DNA from: Neoechinorhynchus agilis
Taxonomy: Eukaryota; Animalia; Acanthocephala
NCBI GenBank assembly: GCA_051530055.1
Contig: CM121343.1
Span: forward strand, 6,852,389-6,916,388
DNA: 64,000 nt
Direction of reading: 5' to 3'
The notes under the pieces are model-generated. The model was given only the letters and a program-made list of their open reading frames with translations. It made no database searches and was not told the DNA's origin. Made by a program: the position numbers and the translations under genes. The stretch's first letter is position 1; every line of letters starts with the position of its first letter. Below are positions 11,665 through 23,193 of this stretch, piece after piece.

Positions 11665-11994
11665 ATGACCGAAAACGAAACGAGATCCGAAAAATGCTGT
11701 AAGGAGGTGGATCCAAACATGGATCAATTCTTTTTTTCGGCAAAGATCGATTGCTTTCTTAATCGCGAATTCGATCACAAGGATCTGCTTTGTGTTCCAG
11801 GAGTAGGAAAACGAAGTCTTCATAAATTCGAAGAAAGTGGAATAGATTCGATCGTTGCTTTAGAAGAGATGCTAAAAAATCATTCGACGACACAAAAAAT
11901 TAATTTATTGATTGAAAAATTTGGTCTACAATCAAATCATGCTCGGATTGCTGTATTCGCTTTGAAAAAGAGGAGAATGATTTTGTCGAAGTGA
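11665..11994 (+). CDS. Divergent BAF-like protein, copy B
   Basis: Intact ORF near-identical to copy A, within the right inverted arm 11300-12565. Confidence 0.55.
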   Translation: MTENETRSEKCCKEVDPNMDQFFFSAKIDCFLNREFDHKDLLCVPGVGKRSLHKFEESGIDSIVALEEMLKNHSTTQKINLLIEKFGLQSNHARIAVFALKKRRMILSK

Positions 11995-12599
11995 GAAATT
12001 GTCATTTTGGTAAAAATAAATTTCATCTTTTTACACTCGCCTCACAAAAGACATGAATGATTTTTTAATCAATTAAAATATTCACAGAATTTAAAAAAGT
12101 TGAATGCTGGCTTTTCACTTGAATATTTTTACTTACTTGAAAAGAATTAAAAGGAAATATTTAAAATGAAACGTGAAATGTCCTTCTTATTTTTAAGATG
12201 CTGGAGGAATCAATTGCCTCGGAGGACGCAAATATGTATTCTTTAGAGATATTCTCGAATTACTGGCGACAATAAACTTTTAACGATTTTTATGTAGCGC
12301 AATCAATCTTCGGAGAGAGCCTCGATTTAATTTATATTATCTATTTAATGCGGATCTAAAATAAAAGTAACAGTGATTTCTTCAATGCGACGAGTATCTT
12401 CTCGGCATTTCTTGAAATTGAAATCAGTAAGTTAGCAAAACTCACCTCTTACTCTAATCTTTAAGGCATGTGAACGAAGCTGAAAAGGTTTATCCATTTA
12501 TTGAGTTGTTCTCTTCTTTCAATAAGAGTTTAAAATACGTTAACGCACTCATTTCATCGTTTTAGACTAAAATTCGTTATTAAAGTGAGAACGACGCTT

Positions 12600-13300
12600 G
12601 GCATTGCAAAAGCACAAAATCCAGAGAATTCCAAACAGATCTATAGGAAATTCAAAAAAAACCCGTAAGTCACTGTTTCGTTAACTCACAGAATTGAAGA
12701 TTAATGATTAAATTGACTACATTGAGAGCATTGAATAGACCATTAATGTATCGCTGAGCAAAATAAAAATATATCACCTGCATAGATGATCGCAAGGATA
12801 AAGTTCAAAGAATTAATTTCGAAAATATTTATCATTACTAATGAAAGTAGTGTAGATGAAGGGGGGTGATCGCTGCGGAACTCCATATTTGGAGTAGACA
12901 GGAAAATAAAATGATTTTGATTGAATCAAGTATTTAGCTTTGTCCGAATCATCGGAAGCATTGTTCAGATGCAATCGAATTAAAAATGTATTTAAATTCG
13001 TAATGACCTTATTCTAAAAATGTATAAATTTAGGATTTATTGCTCGTTAGCAAAAACTGGATGTCTTCATCTTATCAATCTTCGAAAAAATTAACTGGGA
13101 AATACTTCAAATTCGGCACAGTAGTATTGTCGCCGGATTCCACCGGTACCAAACATCAGTGGCAACACTCAAAATACTTTTTTTAAATGATTCTTAGAAA
13201 GTCACAATGTGAAATAGATTTAGGCAAATTGGATTTGTTAATCGTTACCGTTTCTGCTCCATTCTTCGATAGGATTAAGAATAGCGGCGCTTATTCTAAA
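12600..13300 (-). mobile_element. Highly decayed LINE RT remnant
   Basis: Minus-strand YGVPQ (~12880-12895) and an LHLNNASD (LDLSKAFD-like) remnant amid many stops. Confidence 0.35.
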
Positions 13301-13429
13301 GCCATCAGAAGGTAAACAAAAATATTCATGAAACCCACGAACAATACATTTACATCAGCGATATAAACTTTGGTCAACAATGCATGAAAAATTGACAGAT
13401 GATCTCTCAAGATATTAAAACATTAGAAG

Positions 13430-13620
13430 ACATGGAATTAATCCATTGCCTCCTGAGTGATACATTCATCGCTGGGGTAAGTTCTAATGGCATCCGACAG
13501 CGGCTATTGGAATCGTCTTAAATGGACAAGATCAAAGCTTTTCAACTATCGTTAACATTGGAAGACGCTCAAGTCCAAGCCAACGATTACCAGTCACCAT
13601 GGGCGGAAACGAGCGTCAAT
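13430..13620 (+). mobile_element. Ty3/Gypsy-like gag remnant
   Basis: SDTFIAGVSSNGIRQRLLESS*MDKIKAFQLSLTLEDAQ matches the gag-type RDxFIxGL...IRQRLLE...L.L..A pattern; contains a stop. Confidence 0.55.
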
Positions 13621-13914
13621 GAAACCAGTATAAAAGGGGATGGAAGTGTTCGAAATTCGAAAAAAATGGGCCGAAATGCAGATTTTTCTAGGGAAAACGA
13701 CCACTTAATTCCGAATGTTATTTTATCCACAGGAGCGGCTACTTTCGTTCAGTTTGCGAGGTAATGTTTAGGGCGAAACTAAAACATAAGAGAGAAGGTT
13801 CTGAACAAACTCTTGGTTGTACAACCCTCGCTGATATATCCGTCAAATCTTGTTCATCGCTGAGAGATTCCATGATTCCGATAAACACTCACGGACTTTA
13901 CTTAGGAGCATTGA

Positions 13915-14340
13915 ATGACAGTGGAAGCTCAAAACGAAAGCGATCCAGCTGAAGTAACTACTAAGAAAGCTACGGTCGATCAAAAGGTCCAGGTAACACC
14001 TGAACGAGTAGTAACAATAGCAAAAGGAGGAAATCCATCAAAATCAATCAACCCTTTGATTCATTTCGGTAATGATAAGCCTTCTCCACCAGTGCCATCA
14101 TCCCTCGTTGCTCTGAATTCGACCCATAGCATCATGCACTCCTCCATTGAGGATGGAACTCGCACCATATTTATTTCTGGTATGCCGGAAGCCCCTGTTA
14201 CAAATCCTGTCGCCGCTGATGCACACAACCGCAACCAAATCCTTCGAATCGGTCAACTCCTTTCCCCGACATTCACTCTACTATTCCTCCCCCACTAACA
14301 GTTATGCGCATTATATCCAAAAATCGCTTTAACCCGAGAC
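13915..14340 (+). mobile_element. Possible LINE ORF1 remnant
   Basis: RTIFISGMPE...RNQILRI resembles the CR1/L2 ORF1 NLIIxGIPE motif. Confidence 0.3.
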
Positions 14341-14509
14341 CACATCTCGTAAAAGTAAATTTTATTTCACCAATCGCAGCCTCCCTCTTTCTTAACAGGA
14401 TATACAAACTTCTTACTTCTCAATTTTCTTTTCGTATCTTCCATGAAATCGTTAGCAAATAAAAAACTCAGTTTGTTAAGAGGTAATTTCTTGAGATGTT
14501 AGAGGACTT

Positions 14510-14872
14510 CTCTGATAATTTTAGTCAGGGCAGAGATTCTGATTAGTAGAGTATAGGAAATGTTCCAGTTCAGAAGAGGACAAGTTTGGGAAGGGATCAC
14601 GATTGCATGGACTGAGAATGTCCTCGGCGGCTCGCCACCTAAACGAATTTCGGAGGAAAGGAAATTTTTGCGGGCATCAAGTATCTTGTTACTTAGAGCT
14701 GTTTGTAAACGGGGAAAGTCTAGAGATTTATTGCGATGGACCTTAAATGCTTTCCTTTGAAGAAGTTTTAGGATAAAACTATCCTTGGGTTGTCAAGGTT
14801 GGATATTCTAATGAATTTCTTGGGCTTTGTCAAACTGTTGTACAAAGCTCTTTCTCGCATTGTCGGCGGAAA
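14510..14872 (-). mobile_element. LINE ORF2 fragment (same subfamily and same end point as 8730-9087)
   Basis: Close match to 8730-9087, ending at the same gtcggcggaaa. Confidence 0.75.
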
Positions 14873-15252
14873 CACATTCCCTCTTCAACCGTCCGGAATA
14901 TAAGTAGTACCTCGGCGATAATTCCATGGATTCATTGGCCACAAACCTAGCTCGCTTCGAGAGTTGCTCCGTCGCTGTGGCACTTTGAGTTGTGCTTTTT
15001 GCCAATGATGTAGCCATGATTTTGCGTCCGGATTCAGTTCGTTACGAACATGGATTCATAGGCCGTTCAGTTTTCCGATATTGATGACCCCCCATAGAAG
15101 CTGAATGTTCACATCATATGAGATTATGGAATTGCGCTCTCTCTCGCTTTGCACAATTCAACGTGACTTCTTCGAGTCATACATTTCAGTTTTATGTTAG
15201 TTATTCAGTTCATTAACAGTCCAGTGGGAAATCATTTCTAAAATTGTCCCTT

Positions 15253-15510
15253 TTATGAGCTGCTCGAGTTGCATTCTATTCTGGTCTCCACATTCGACTT
15301 GTGCCTACCGCTCAACAATTCGCAAAAAATTAGTATTTTTGCGTCCAAGAGAAGGCATTTGCCCTCCCGCCACGGAAAGACCGAAATTCCGTTAGGTCGA
15401 CGACCGTCTAGTCGACAAAGGTGGGCGGGTTCCAAGATGCTGGGAAAGTTCGCCGTTCTCAATGCCCGTGAAATTACGCTGTTGATCTCAGAATGGCGTG
15501 AGAAATAATG
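15253..15510 (-). mobile_element. CRE-like pre-RLE fragment
   Basis: RHSEINSVISRAL...LEP..LCRLDGRRPNGISVFPWREGKCLLLDA. Confidence 0.8.
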
Positions 15511-15699
15511 ATATAACAATAAATTAATTCATCTTCATTACGTGTCGCTGCGAAATACTCAATTTGAAATGCGTGCTGCATATTCAGAAATTCAAAGACC
15601 GACGACTACATAATAGCCAACAATCAATGCAACCGCCATAAAATTCTGATAACTCGAAGGCTCAGTTCTCAAAGAAAATCTCGACTGAAAATAAGCAGA

Positions 15700-16110
15700 G
15701 AACTGCGTTCATATCGCCTACAATCGACGCTACTGACGCAGACGCCTTGAACGCATCAAAAATCGATCGCGCTCAACCTGAGAAGACCAACGCTGCCGGC
15801 TCCCACGCGTCTCTACTGGTTTGCGGTAGGTCTTTTAAATTAACCAATCTGGGGGTTTTGTTTGTCAATGGTCCCCGGGATCTCCGCTGTAGCGGGTCTG
15901 GTTCTCCACCACAATCAACCAATCTAGGACCTCTCAGATCACCACTGACTCTATTTCCATACCTGATATCGTGCGGTTCTGCCCAGGATCGTCCTGAAAC
16001 GGATCCCTAAAGGGCGCACGATATCAGGTCGCCAAAGCATTTACGGAATTGCTCAACGATTGCCTTCAAACGAACTATGCGCCATCATGGACACGACTCT
16101 TCGAATTCCC
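15700..16110 (+). mobile_element. CRE-like N-terminal fragment
   Basis: CGRSFKLTNLGVLFVNGPRDLRCSGSG; inverted relative to 9830-10380. Confidence 0.7.
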
Positions 16111-16146
16111 GAATCTCCGAAGAGTTTAAAACACACACATTATATT

Positions 16147-17746
16147 TCATGTTTTCAAAGGATTTCCATTAACACCGATCAGCATCATGTCTATCTTATA
16201 CACTATGAATGAGCCATGTTTATCTAAATTAAATACTCGTGCTTCCCAATAACCCCTCGGATCTTCGAACCAATTGAGAACCGACGTAAACGGCTGATAC
16301 ATAAATCCTTTCACTCTATCCTCGTCAAGAGGCCGAATATCCAACATTTCCACACTGTTATTGGTAGGAGACACAAGCACAATTCTTAGTTTGCCCCTTT
16401 GTCCAGGATTTGAAAAAGAAGGTTGGATTGTAACATTTAGAATTACATGTTCCAAACTCGTTATCGCAGACGATGATGAATCGCAAGCATTCGTATAAAC
16501 TCGGAAACGTTCCATAGAATCGCTTCGCAGCATAGTCAATCCAGAGATGCGAACCTTACAGGTATTAGATTTATTCAGTTTACGGCCTTTCATCGCAATG
16601 GCGTTATCCACAAAAGATTTGGGATCAAGAATACCAAACCCAAAATATTTACTTACCCAATAACCAGCTCCATTTTTCCACCATCGTCCATGCGTACGCC
16701 AATAAGGTTTCATGTTTTCGTGCTTAACGGACGACATAACTATCAAATACTGGATTTGTCTGTAGTCGAGATCAGGATTTGCTTCAAGTCCAAGTGCAAT
16801 AATGGCTGCTATCATTGGAGTGGCGGCTGATGTTCCACCAAAACGTTGACATGTACCATTTAGACCCGCAGTTAATATCCGATTTGAAGAGCCAGCGCTG
16901 GTATATCCAGTTGTCATAATGGCGGCACATTTTTCAGCGTAATACGGGGATGAATGGTTTCTTAAAATAGCAGCCACCGCAATCGCGTAATGGGAATTAA
17001 TTCGCGCATTGACGGCACAACTATCGAACAAATGACCACCATTACCAGAGCCAATAACAAAGGAAGATCCCGATCGATTACGCCCTAATCGGCCATTATT
17101 AGCCAGTACTATCCTTTCCACTTCAGTTATTTCTTCAATCGATCTACCGTCGTCCCGAGTACCAAGGGACATGCTATAAATATCAATCGTTGAATTTATT
17201 GTGCAGCGTTGCATTATTTAGCGATATTAAATTAAAGAATTTAAGCCCAAGAAAGATAATGCATCGCTGCCCTTTTAAGCCAAAGATTTTTTCGAAAGGT
17301 TCATTTGTGTCGAAAAAAAGATCAAATGATTTGTCTATGTTTAAACTGATGATTTTGGAATCATAGGCTATACCTACGCCGCAAATACTGCTGTCTGGAT
17401 TCGCAGCTATAATTCCGGCACAGCCATTGCCATGCTCATTGAAAACGCTCGAGTTGGGCAGTGTCGCTAAGACGCGATCCTTTAAATCAGGATGATCTTG
17501 TTCGATACCATAATCGATTATACCCACAACGACACCTTTTCCAGTATAACCCTCGTTCCACACCCTTTCGATATTATATGCCGATCGGTGAAGATACCAG
17601 CTATTGGGCCATTCCTCGACGTTAACCAGCGATGATGGAGTTGATGCTGATAATGAATAATTGCTCGAATGAACAGATAAATTTCCGTTTTTCGGTAGAT
17701 TATAGACAATGGGTACGGAGAAAAGGAACAGCAAGATTGTTAACAT
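16147..17746 (-). CDS. Furin/kexin-like proprotein convertase (S8B + P domain), no prodomain, frame change at ~17200
   Basis: Signal peptide; catalytic D (IIDYG), H (HGNGCAG), N (GSGNGG) and S (GTSAATP); P domain (LEHVILNVTI, RGKLRIVLVSP, EDPRGYW). Confidence 0.85.
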
Positions 17747-18349
17747 AACTTAACCGTTATTCGAGTAGTCGTCAACTAGTGGTGAATAGTTTTAGGACTT
17801 GGCTATGTGCATTTTTATATTTGGTGGTTGAAACCGTTATTTGAGTAGCCGTCAACTAATGTAGAAATGTTTTAGGGCTTGGCTATGTGCATTTTTATAT
17901 TTGGTGGTTAAAAGTTGCCGTTACAGGTCGTTGCTTTTAGGATTTACCTTCACGCGTTTTTACATTAAAAGCCTTTAAGTTGTCGTTTTGACTCGTTGCC
18001 TTTTTGGACTTACCTTCTCGCATTTTTACATTTGATGGTTAGGAACGACATCGCATTTCTTATTAAAACGTTATAGGAGGAGAATCTAAAGTTGGATATA
18101 GGGAGGGATACTTACCAATAATTGTTATTTGGGTCGTTTGTCACCCGAATGCAATTCTCGATAAAACTTACTAATAAATTGGTTCAGTGGACATGCCCCG
18201 ATTTCTAACAGAGTTTTCTATATCCTTACAAGGAGAATAGTCTCTTGATAACGCATACTTTCCTTAACTTTGGCTTTGGTTAATCACTTCCTTAGGAATT
18301 GCTTATCGGCTGTAAAACCTTTCGCAAAGTCCGGGTGACCCAAGCCACA

Positions 18350-19065
18350 GTTGAGGTCTTAATAACGTGAGATTGGGAACAAGCAGCTTAACGGAGTAGG
18401 GCAGAGCAGCATCCCTACTTTTTCCGCGATCCTATTATTTAAAATTTTTGCTGTTAAGTGGCGCAGAGGTGTTCCAATTGCAATTGGACGAATACCACCT
18501 TCCTTTTTGCGAGGGCACACAAAGATGCGCCAAAAAAATAGCTCAATTGCCTTCGGAATCAACTCTCCCCGTGCAAATTGGTCGACTAGGCGTGCCAATG
18601 CATCTTCAAGAGACTGGGCAGCGTCACCTACTGAAAAAGGAAGTAATGTCCTTTAGGTGTTGAGGCCGGAGCCCGTGAGCTGATCCGTAAGCAAAAGAAG
18701 AGATTGCCGTCTTCAAACATAAGAAGGATTTAACGAAACACTGCGACCGCCGGCACTCGGATGTTTGGAACGACGAGTTCGTAAAGTTTCTCCGTGATGA
18801 TAAAGGACGAACTGCTCCTCTGACATCTCCGTCTACGAGCCTTGAAGAAGCGCATTCAGCAAGCGACCGATTTCGGCCCTGATGAGGCTCCTGGACACAC
18901 TCCTTACGTAGTCCGCATGCAGTCGAAAGGCATCGAGTAAAATTGTTGCCAAAAGAACCTATTCGCTCTTTTATTTTTGTGGTCAGAGATCCCTCAGAAA
19001 CATCGCCAGCGGAAAAAAGTAGTCTAGGAAGCGCAAAGAGACGCATCCACAACTCTGAGATAGTC
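18350..19065 (-). mobile_element. CRE-like element RT N-terminal fragment
   Basis: RLFALPRLL, LVDGDVRGAVR, GLRPQHLKD, KKEGGIRPIAIG. Confidence 0.85.
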
Positions 19066-19126
19066 TCGATGCACTATGATGTCATCAAAGTTAATGGTAA
19101 GTGAATATTTTACATTTATTTCTTAC

Positions 19127-19287
19127 ACATAAAAGTACCATCGATAGAAAGTCCTTCGGGATAATAAAATTACACTTTCGGTGAGAATTATCCCGGTCTT
19201 TACATATTTTATTTATTCGAAATATTTCGCGAGGTATCCTCGCCTCTTCAGTCATTGCCTCTCACCGAAAGTGTAACATAAAAGTAC
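19127..19287 (-). ncRNA. Hammerhead-like motif in a ~150-bp repeat monomer
   Basis: Minus strand: TGA CTGAAGA G GCGAGG-ATA-CCTCGC GAAA TATT TCG. It is enclosed by a 17-bp perfect inverted repeat (19170-19186/19260-19276) and 12-bp direct repeats acataaaagtac. Confidence 0.55.
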
Positions 19288-19389
19288 GTTTTGAATTATT
19301 AAATGACTGATAGGAATGAAAGAGAACCGGAAAAACTAAAATTGCAAACTAATAGTTCAATTGTGAAAAACATGATCTGGTTCGTTTTG

Positions 19390-20420
19390 GAAAATTTTAA
19401 GAATTTCCATCAACTCAGTATGTTTTTGAGGACAAAGGGAATTGAATCAATTAAACTAATCTCCTTTTTTAAATTGTAAGAATTTCCATAAACTCAGAAT
19501 GTTTTTGAGAACAAAAGGAATTGAATCAATTACACTGATTTCGTTTTTTTTTGAAAATGGTAAGAATTTCCATAAAATGCGATGGTTTTTGAGAATCAAT
19601 TAAAGTTATTCGCGAAATATTACAAAGAATAAAGTTGATTCTTTTCGTTCACAAATTCCTCCTTTTCGTCCAATTCTACAACTACCGTCATGATTGTTCG
19701 GCAGCTTCCTTGATGACCGCAGTATTGCCGGGTTGGATTGCCCCGCGGATTCGCTGCATCAGGAAGCTGCTGGAGCGCATGTCGCCGGTGGCATAGTTCA
19801 GCATCTTTCCCGAATTTAAGATGGTTAGGATTTCCCTAAACTCTGAATGCTTTTGAGGACAAAAGGAATTGAATCAATTAATTTCCCTAAACTCCGAATG
19901 TTTTTGCGGACAAAGGGAATTGAATCAATTAAACTGATCTTCTTTTTTAAATTGTAAGAATTTCCATAAACTCCTAATGTTTTTGAGGGCAAAAGTAACT
20001 AAATCAATTAAACTGATCTCTTTTTTTAAATTGTAAGAATTTCCATAAACTCAGAATGCTTTTGAGGACAAAAGGAATTGAATCAATTAATTTCCCTAAA
20101 CTCCGAATGTTTTTGCGGAAAAAGGGAATTGAATCAATTAAACTGATTTCGTTCTTTTTTGAAAATAATAAGAATTTCCACAAACTCCGAATGTTTTTGA
20201 GGGCAAAAGTAATTGAATCAATTAAACTGATTTCGTTCTTTTTTGAAAATAATAAGAATTTCCACAAACTCCTAATGTTTTTGAGAACAAAAGGAATTGA
20301 ATCAATTAAACTGATCTCTTTTTTTAAAATAATAAGAATTTCCCTAAACTCCTAATGTTTTTGAGGTCAAAAGGAATTGTAATCACTTTCTCAAAATCCG
20401 AATGTTTTTAGGACAAATAG
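19390..20420. repeat. Minisatellite, 79-84-bp unit with a 51-bp variant (~209-bp higher-order repeat)
   Basis: gaatcaatt recurs at 19444, 19523, 19871, 19922, 20080, 20131, 20215 and 20299; interrupted at ~19600-19830. Confidence 0.9.
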
Positions 20421-20619
20421 AATTGACCCAATGATGGAATTCGTCAGATGGATGTTTTTATATTCGGAGTTTCCAAGCTTATCTGGTTAAATTGATCATT
20501 GTGATTAAAAGTGCCGCTTAACAAATGAGCCGAATCCCATACACTGAGGGCTTATTAATATTTATGTTCGAATAAACATCACCCTCCGCGGGTACACAAT
20601 CAGGCCGGGTGTTTGAACA

Positions 20620-22270
20620 TCAATTGGCGTTAGTGATATGGAATATTCGGACATTTAGGTGACGGGCTATTTGGCGGACTACGCATGTACCGTAATGTGC
20701 ATGGGCGGCAATACCGTAGGCGGTGTAGATGAACAGAACGTAGGTTTCCATGGACGGTGTTAGAATAGGCAGCGTGGACAGTAAAACCGTCATGAGATAA
20801 GGGATGAGTGAAAGATTGAACGGTTTGCATTGAGTAAAGGACATCTCAGCAACGATGAGTCGGCACTGGAAAACTTATGATCGATTAGTGGTAATAAGTA
20901 CAAACTGACACTCACAACAAGGCTTGAAAACATTGTTGATGTGGCTAAAAAAAATAGCCGTGGTTGATTTAATGGGACGCTGTTGTGGGATTTAACAGCC
21001 CAAAATGTAGACGTAGCGAACAAAGCCGCCATCGATGAGAATGGCCGTACAACTTCGCGTTTATGCGACCATATTTGAGTTTTGTTTTTGAATGCCCTAA
21101 ATTGTAGTTGCAAACGATTACAATCGCGATTTTAGACTCACTGACCTTCGCACATTGGATATCGAAACGGGTATTGACAAGAAAATCACGGAAACTGTAG
21201 AAATGGGCATTAGGGAGGTATCCATTAAAAGAATCTTAGTAAAATGAGAAGGTTTGCAAAAGTTAAAGGCTTAGTTGCATTGTTGATAACAAAAAAAATA
21301 AAAAAATTACCTGCAATAGTGACGAGAACTGCTCGGGCAAAGGTTAATCCAATGATTGGGAATGTAAACTGGAACAATTGGGGAGTGTATTTGAATACGA
21401 GATAGTAGCATAATGCGAGTAGCTTAAAGAATGGTCGATGGTAATAATTTTTTGAGGAAAAAAAAGGAAATTGGTACGAACAAGCATGCTTAGATCATAT
21501 GACCAGGGTAAATATAAGACTCCGGTATTGTATTTTTCCCAATGACTGATAAAAAACGATATGTATATGAACCAGAGTAGGAAATGGAATTCGATTAGTG
21601 AGAGTCCGAACGGCGGCACCATGGAGACAACAGAGAGGAATGGTAATGGGAAAAGTCCGCACGCCCAACTGTCCAATCCATGGTCGAATAGCTCGCCTAA
21701 AGCTGAGCTTGATTTGGTTCTCCTGGCTTGTTTTCCATCGAGACAATCTAAGAGACAATAGACAGAGATTTCGTCTTTAAAACCACAAAATCTACCTAGG
21801 GAATGTGATAGAACTTGTAGAAAGAACATCGTAAGCCAAATTGGACGACAGAATTTGTATCTATGTTCTGATTTGGAATCAAGCAGATATTTTGGGCTTA
21901 ACACAAACCTGGGAGGTCAAAGTGGAAATCATGATAGCTCAATATAGAGTAACCGAGGACCAGTAATCCAAATCCAGCGAAAGTCATTGAATTCGGTGCT
22001 ATCCATAAAGGAACGTACTAAATATTGTTAGTTATTATGTAGCCTTAGTCGATATCGAATGTTACATTCACAACAAAATCCCAGATAGGATGCATCACAT
22101 AAGTGGATAATGGTGAGTTATCGATTGCATTATACTTTAAAAACGAGAGAGAGAGAACGTTCAAAGGATCAGCCAATTCGGAATCTAACCTTATATTTAC
22201 GGAGCCCAATCAATTGAGCATCAGTCAAGTAGTTGTAATCAATAAGCAATTTGATAATGGATTCGATCAT
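20620..22270 (-). CDS. EPT1: Ethanolaminephosphotransferase EPT1/SELENOI-like (multi-exon)
   Basis: Spliced N-terminus MIESIIKLLIDYNYLTDAQLIGLRKYK|YNAIDNSPLSTYVMHPIW|YVPLWIAPN; CDP-alcohol motif DCLDGKQARRTKSSSALGELFDHGLD; HWEKYNTG; C-terminal AHAHYG..VVRQI. Introns of 55 and 48 nt. Confidence 0.9.
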
Positions 22271-23193
22271 CTAAAATGGAATTCTTTGCTTTCGCGTACG
22301 ACTGCTGCCATAGAAGAGAGAAAAAGCAAACAATATAATCGTTTTCTCTTCCATTCACACAGAACCAACTCATACGAGCTTCTATTATTCAATTCCACTC
22401 ACGAACTCCTTCAGTGACTATCACTCAAATTGTTATACGTAGCAGTGAACGTGAGTTTCTCCTTTTTAAGATTTTAGAAACTAAACAAACACGGAAGAAT
22501 CGGAATCACAATTAAGTCTAATTTCGTTATGGGATCCCCGTGAAATCTCAATAAAATGCCTGGGGGAATTTCGAGTTTATAGCACAGTTAAAAGACTTTT
22601 TGGTAGTTTTGCCACAAGCCGGATTTAAGTCAACCGCTAGTTTATTTCCGAGACGCGAGCTCACATATTTCAAAACTTACAAACAACGACTCCGACGTGA
22701 AATATCGGGGAAATCAATCCGACGGCGGTAAGACAAGACTTTTGTTGAAGTTCGTGGTTTACGCTTTCGTCTTTTTGAATCGATCCGTTACGGATCTCTA
22801 AGTAAATTTAATATGCGTAACAATCTCTTCAAGTTGGGCTCTTTTTTTTGTCGCGCAAGGACCCTTCTCAGTGATTTTCACACAATCTCTTAGACTCTTT
22901 TTTTTCGAAATCAACGTTTTTGACTTGCGAATCCGATCAAGAACGGATGCGTTGATACGATTTTTGTTGATTTTAAAAATCAAAACCGATTTATTGTTCT
23001 CAATATTTCGTCCGTCTCGTTGGTAGATCCGGGTGGCTTTATCCTATAATCACCAACACCCTTTTTTGTGTCATTTCTACGGATGACGTCATTATTACGA
23101 TTTAAATATGGAAATGCGCCAAACACGAAAGAAACTACATGTTTTATTCAAATGACGTGAAATACGCGTGTCAAACGTGAGCTTTACGCAGAA

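Noticed and set aside
17750-17910. ~80-bp local duplication (similar ones at 55720-55850 and 60400-60650)
   Set aside because: Ordinary short tandem duplications with no structure or coding signal.
19390-20420. ORFs 20004-20267 and 20056-20355
   Set aside because: They are translations of the AT-rich minisatellite with no protein-like signal.
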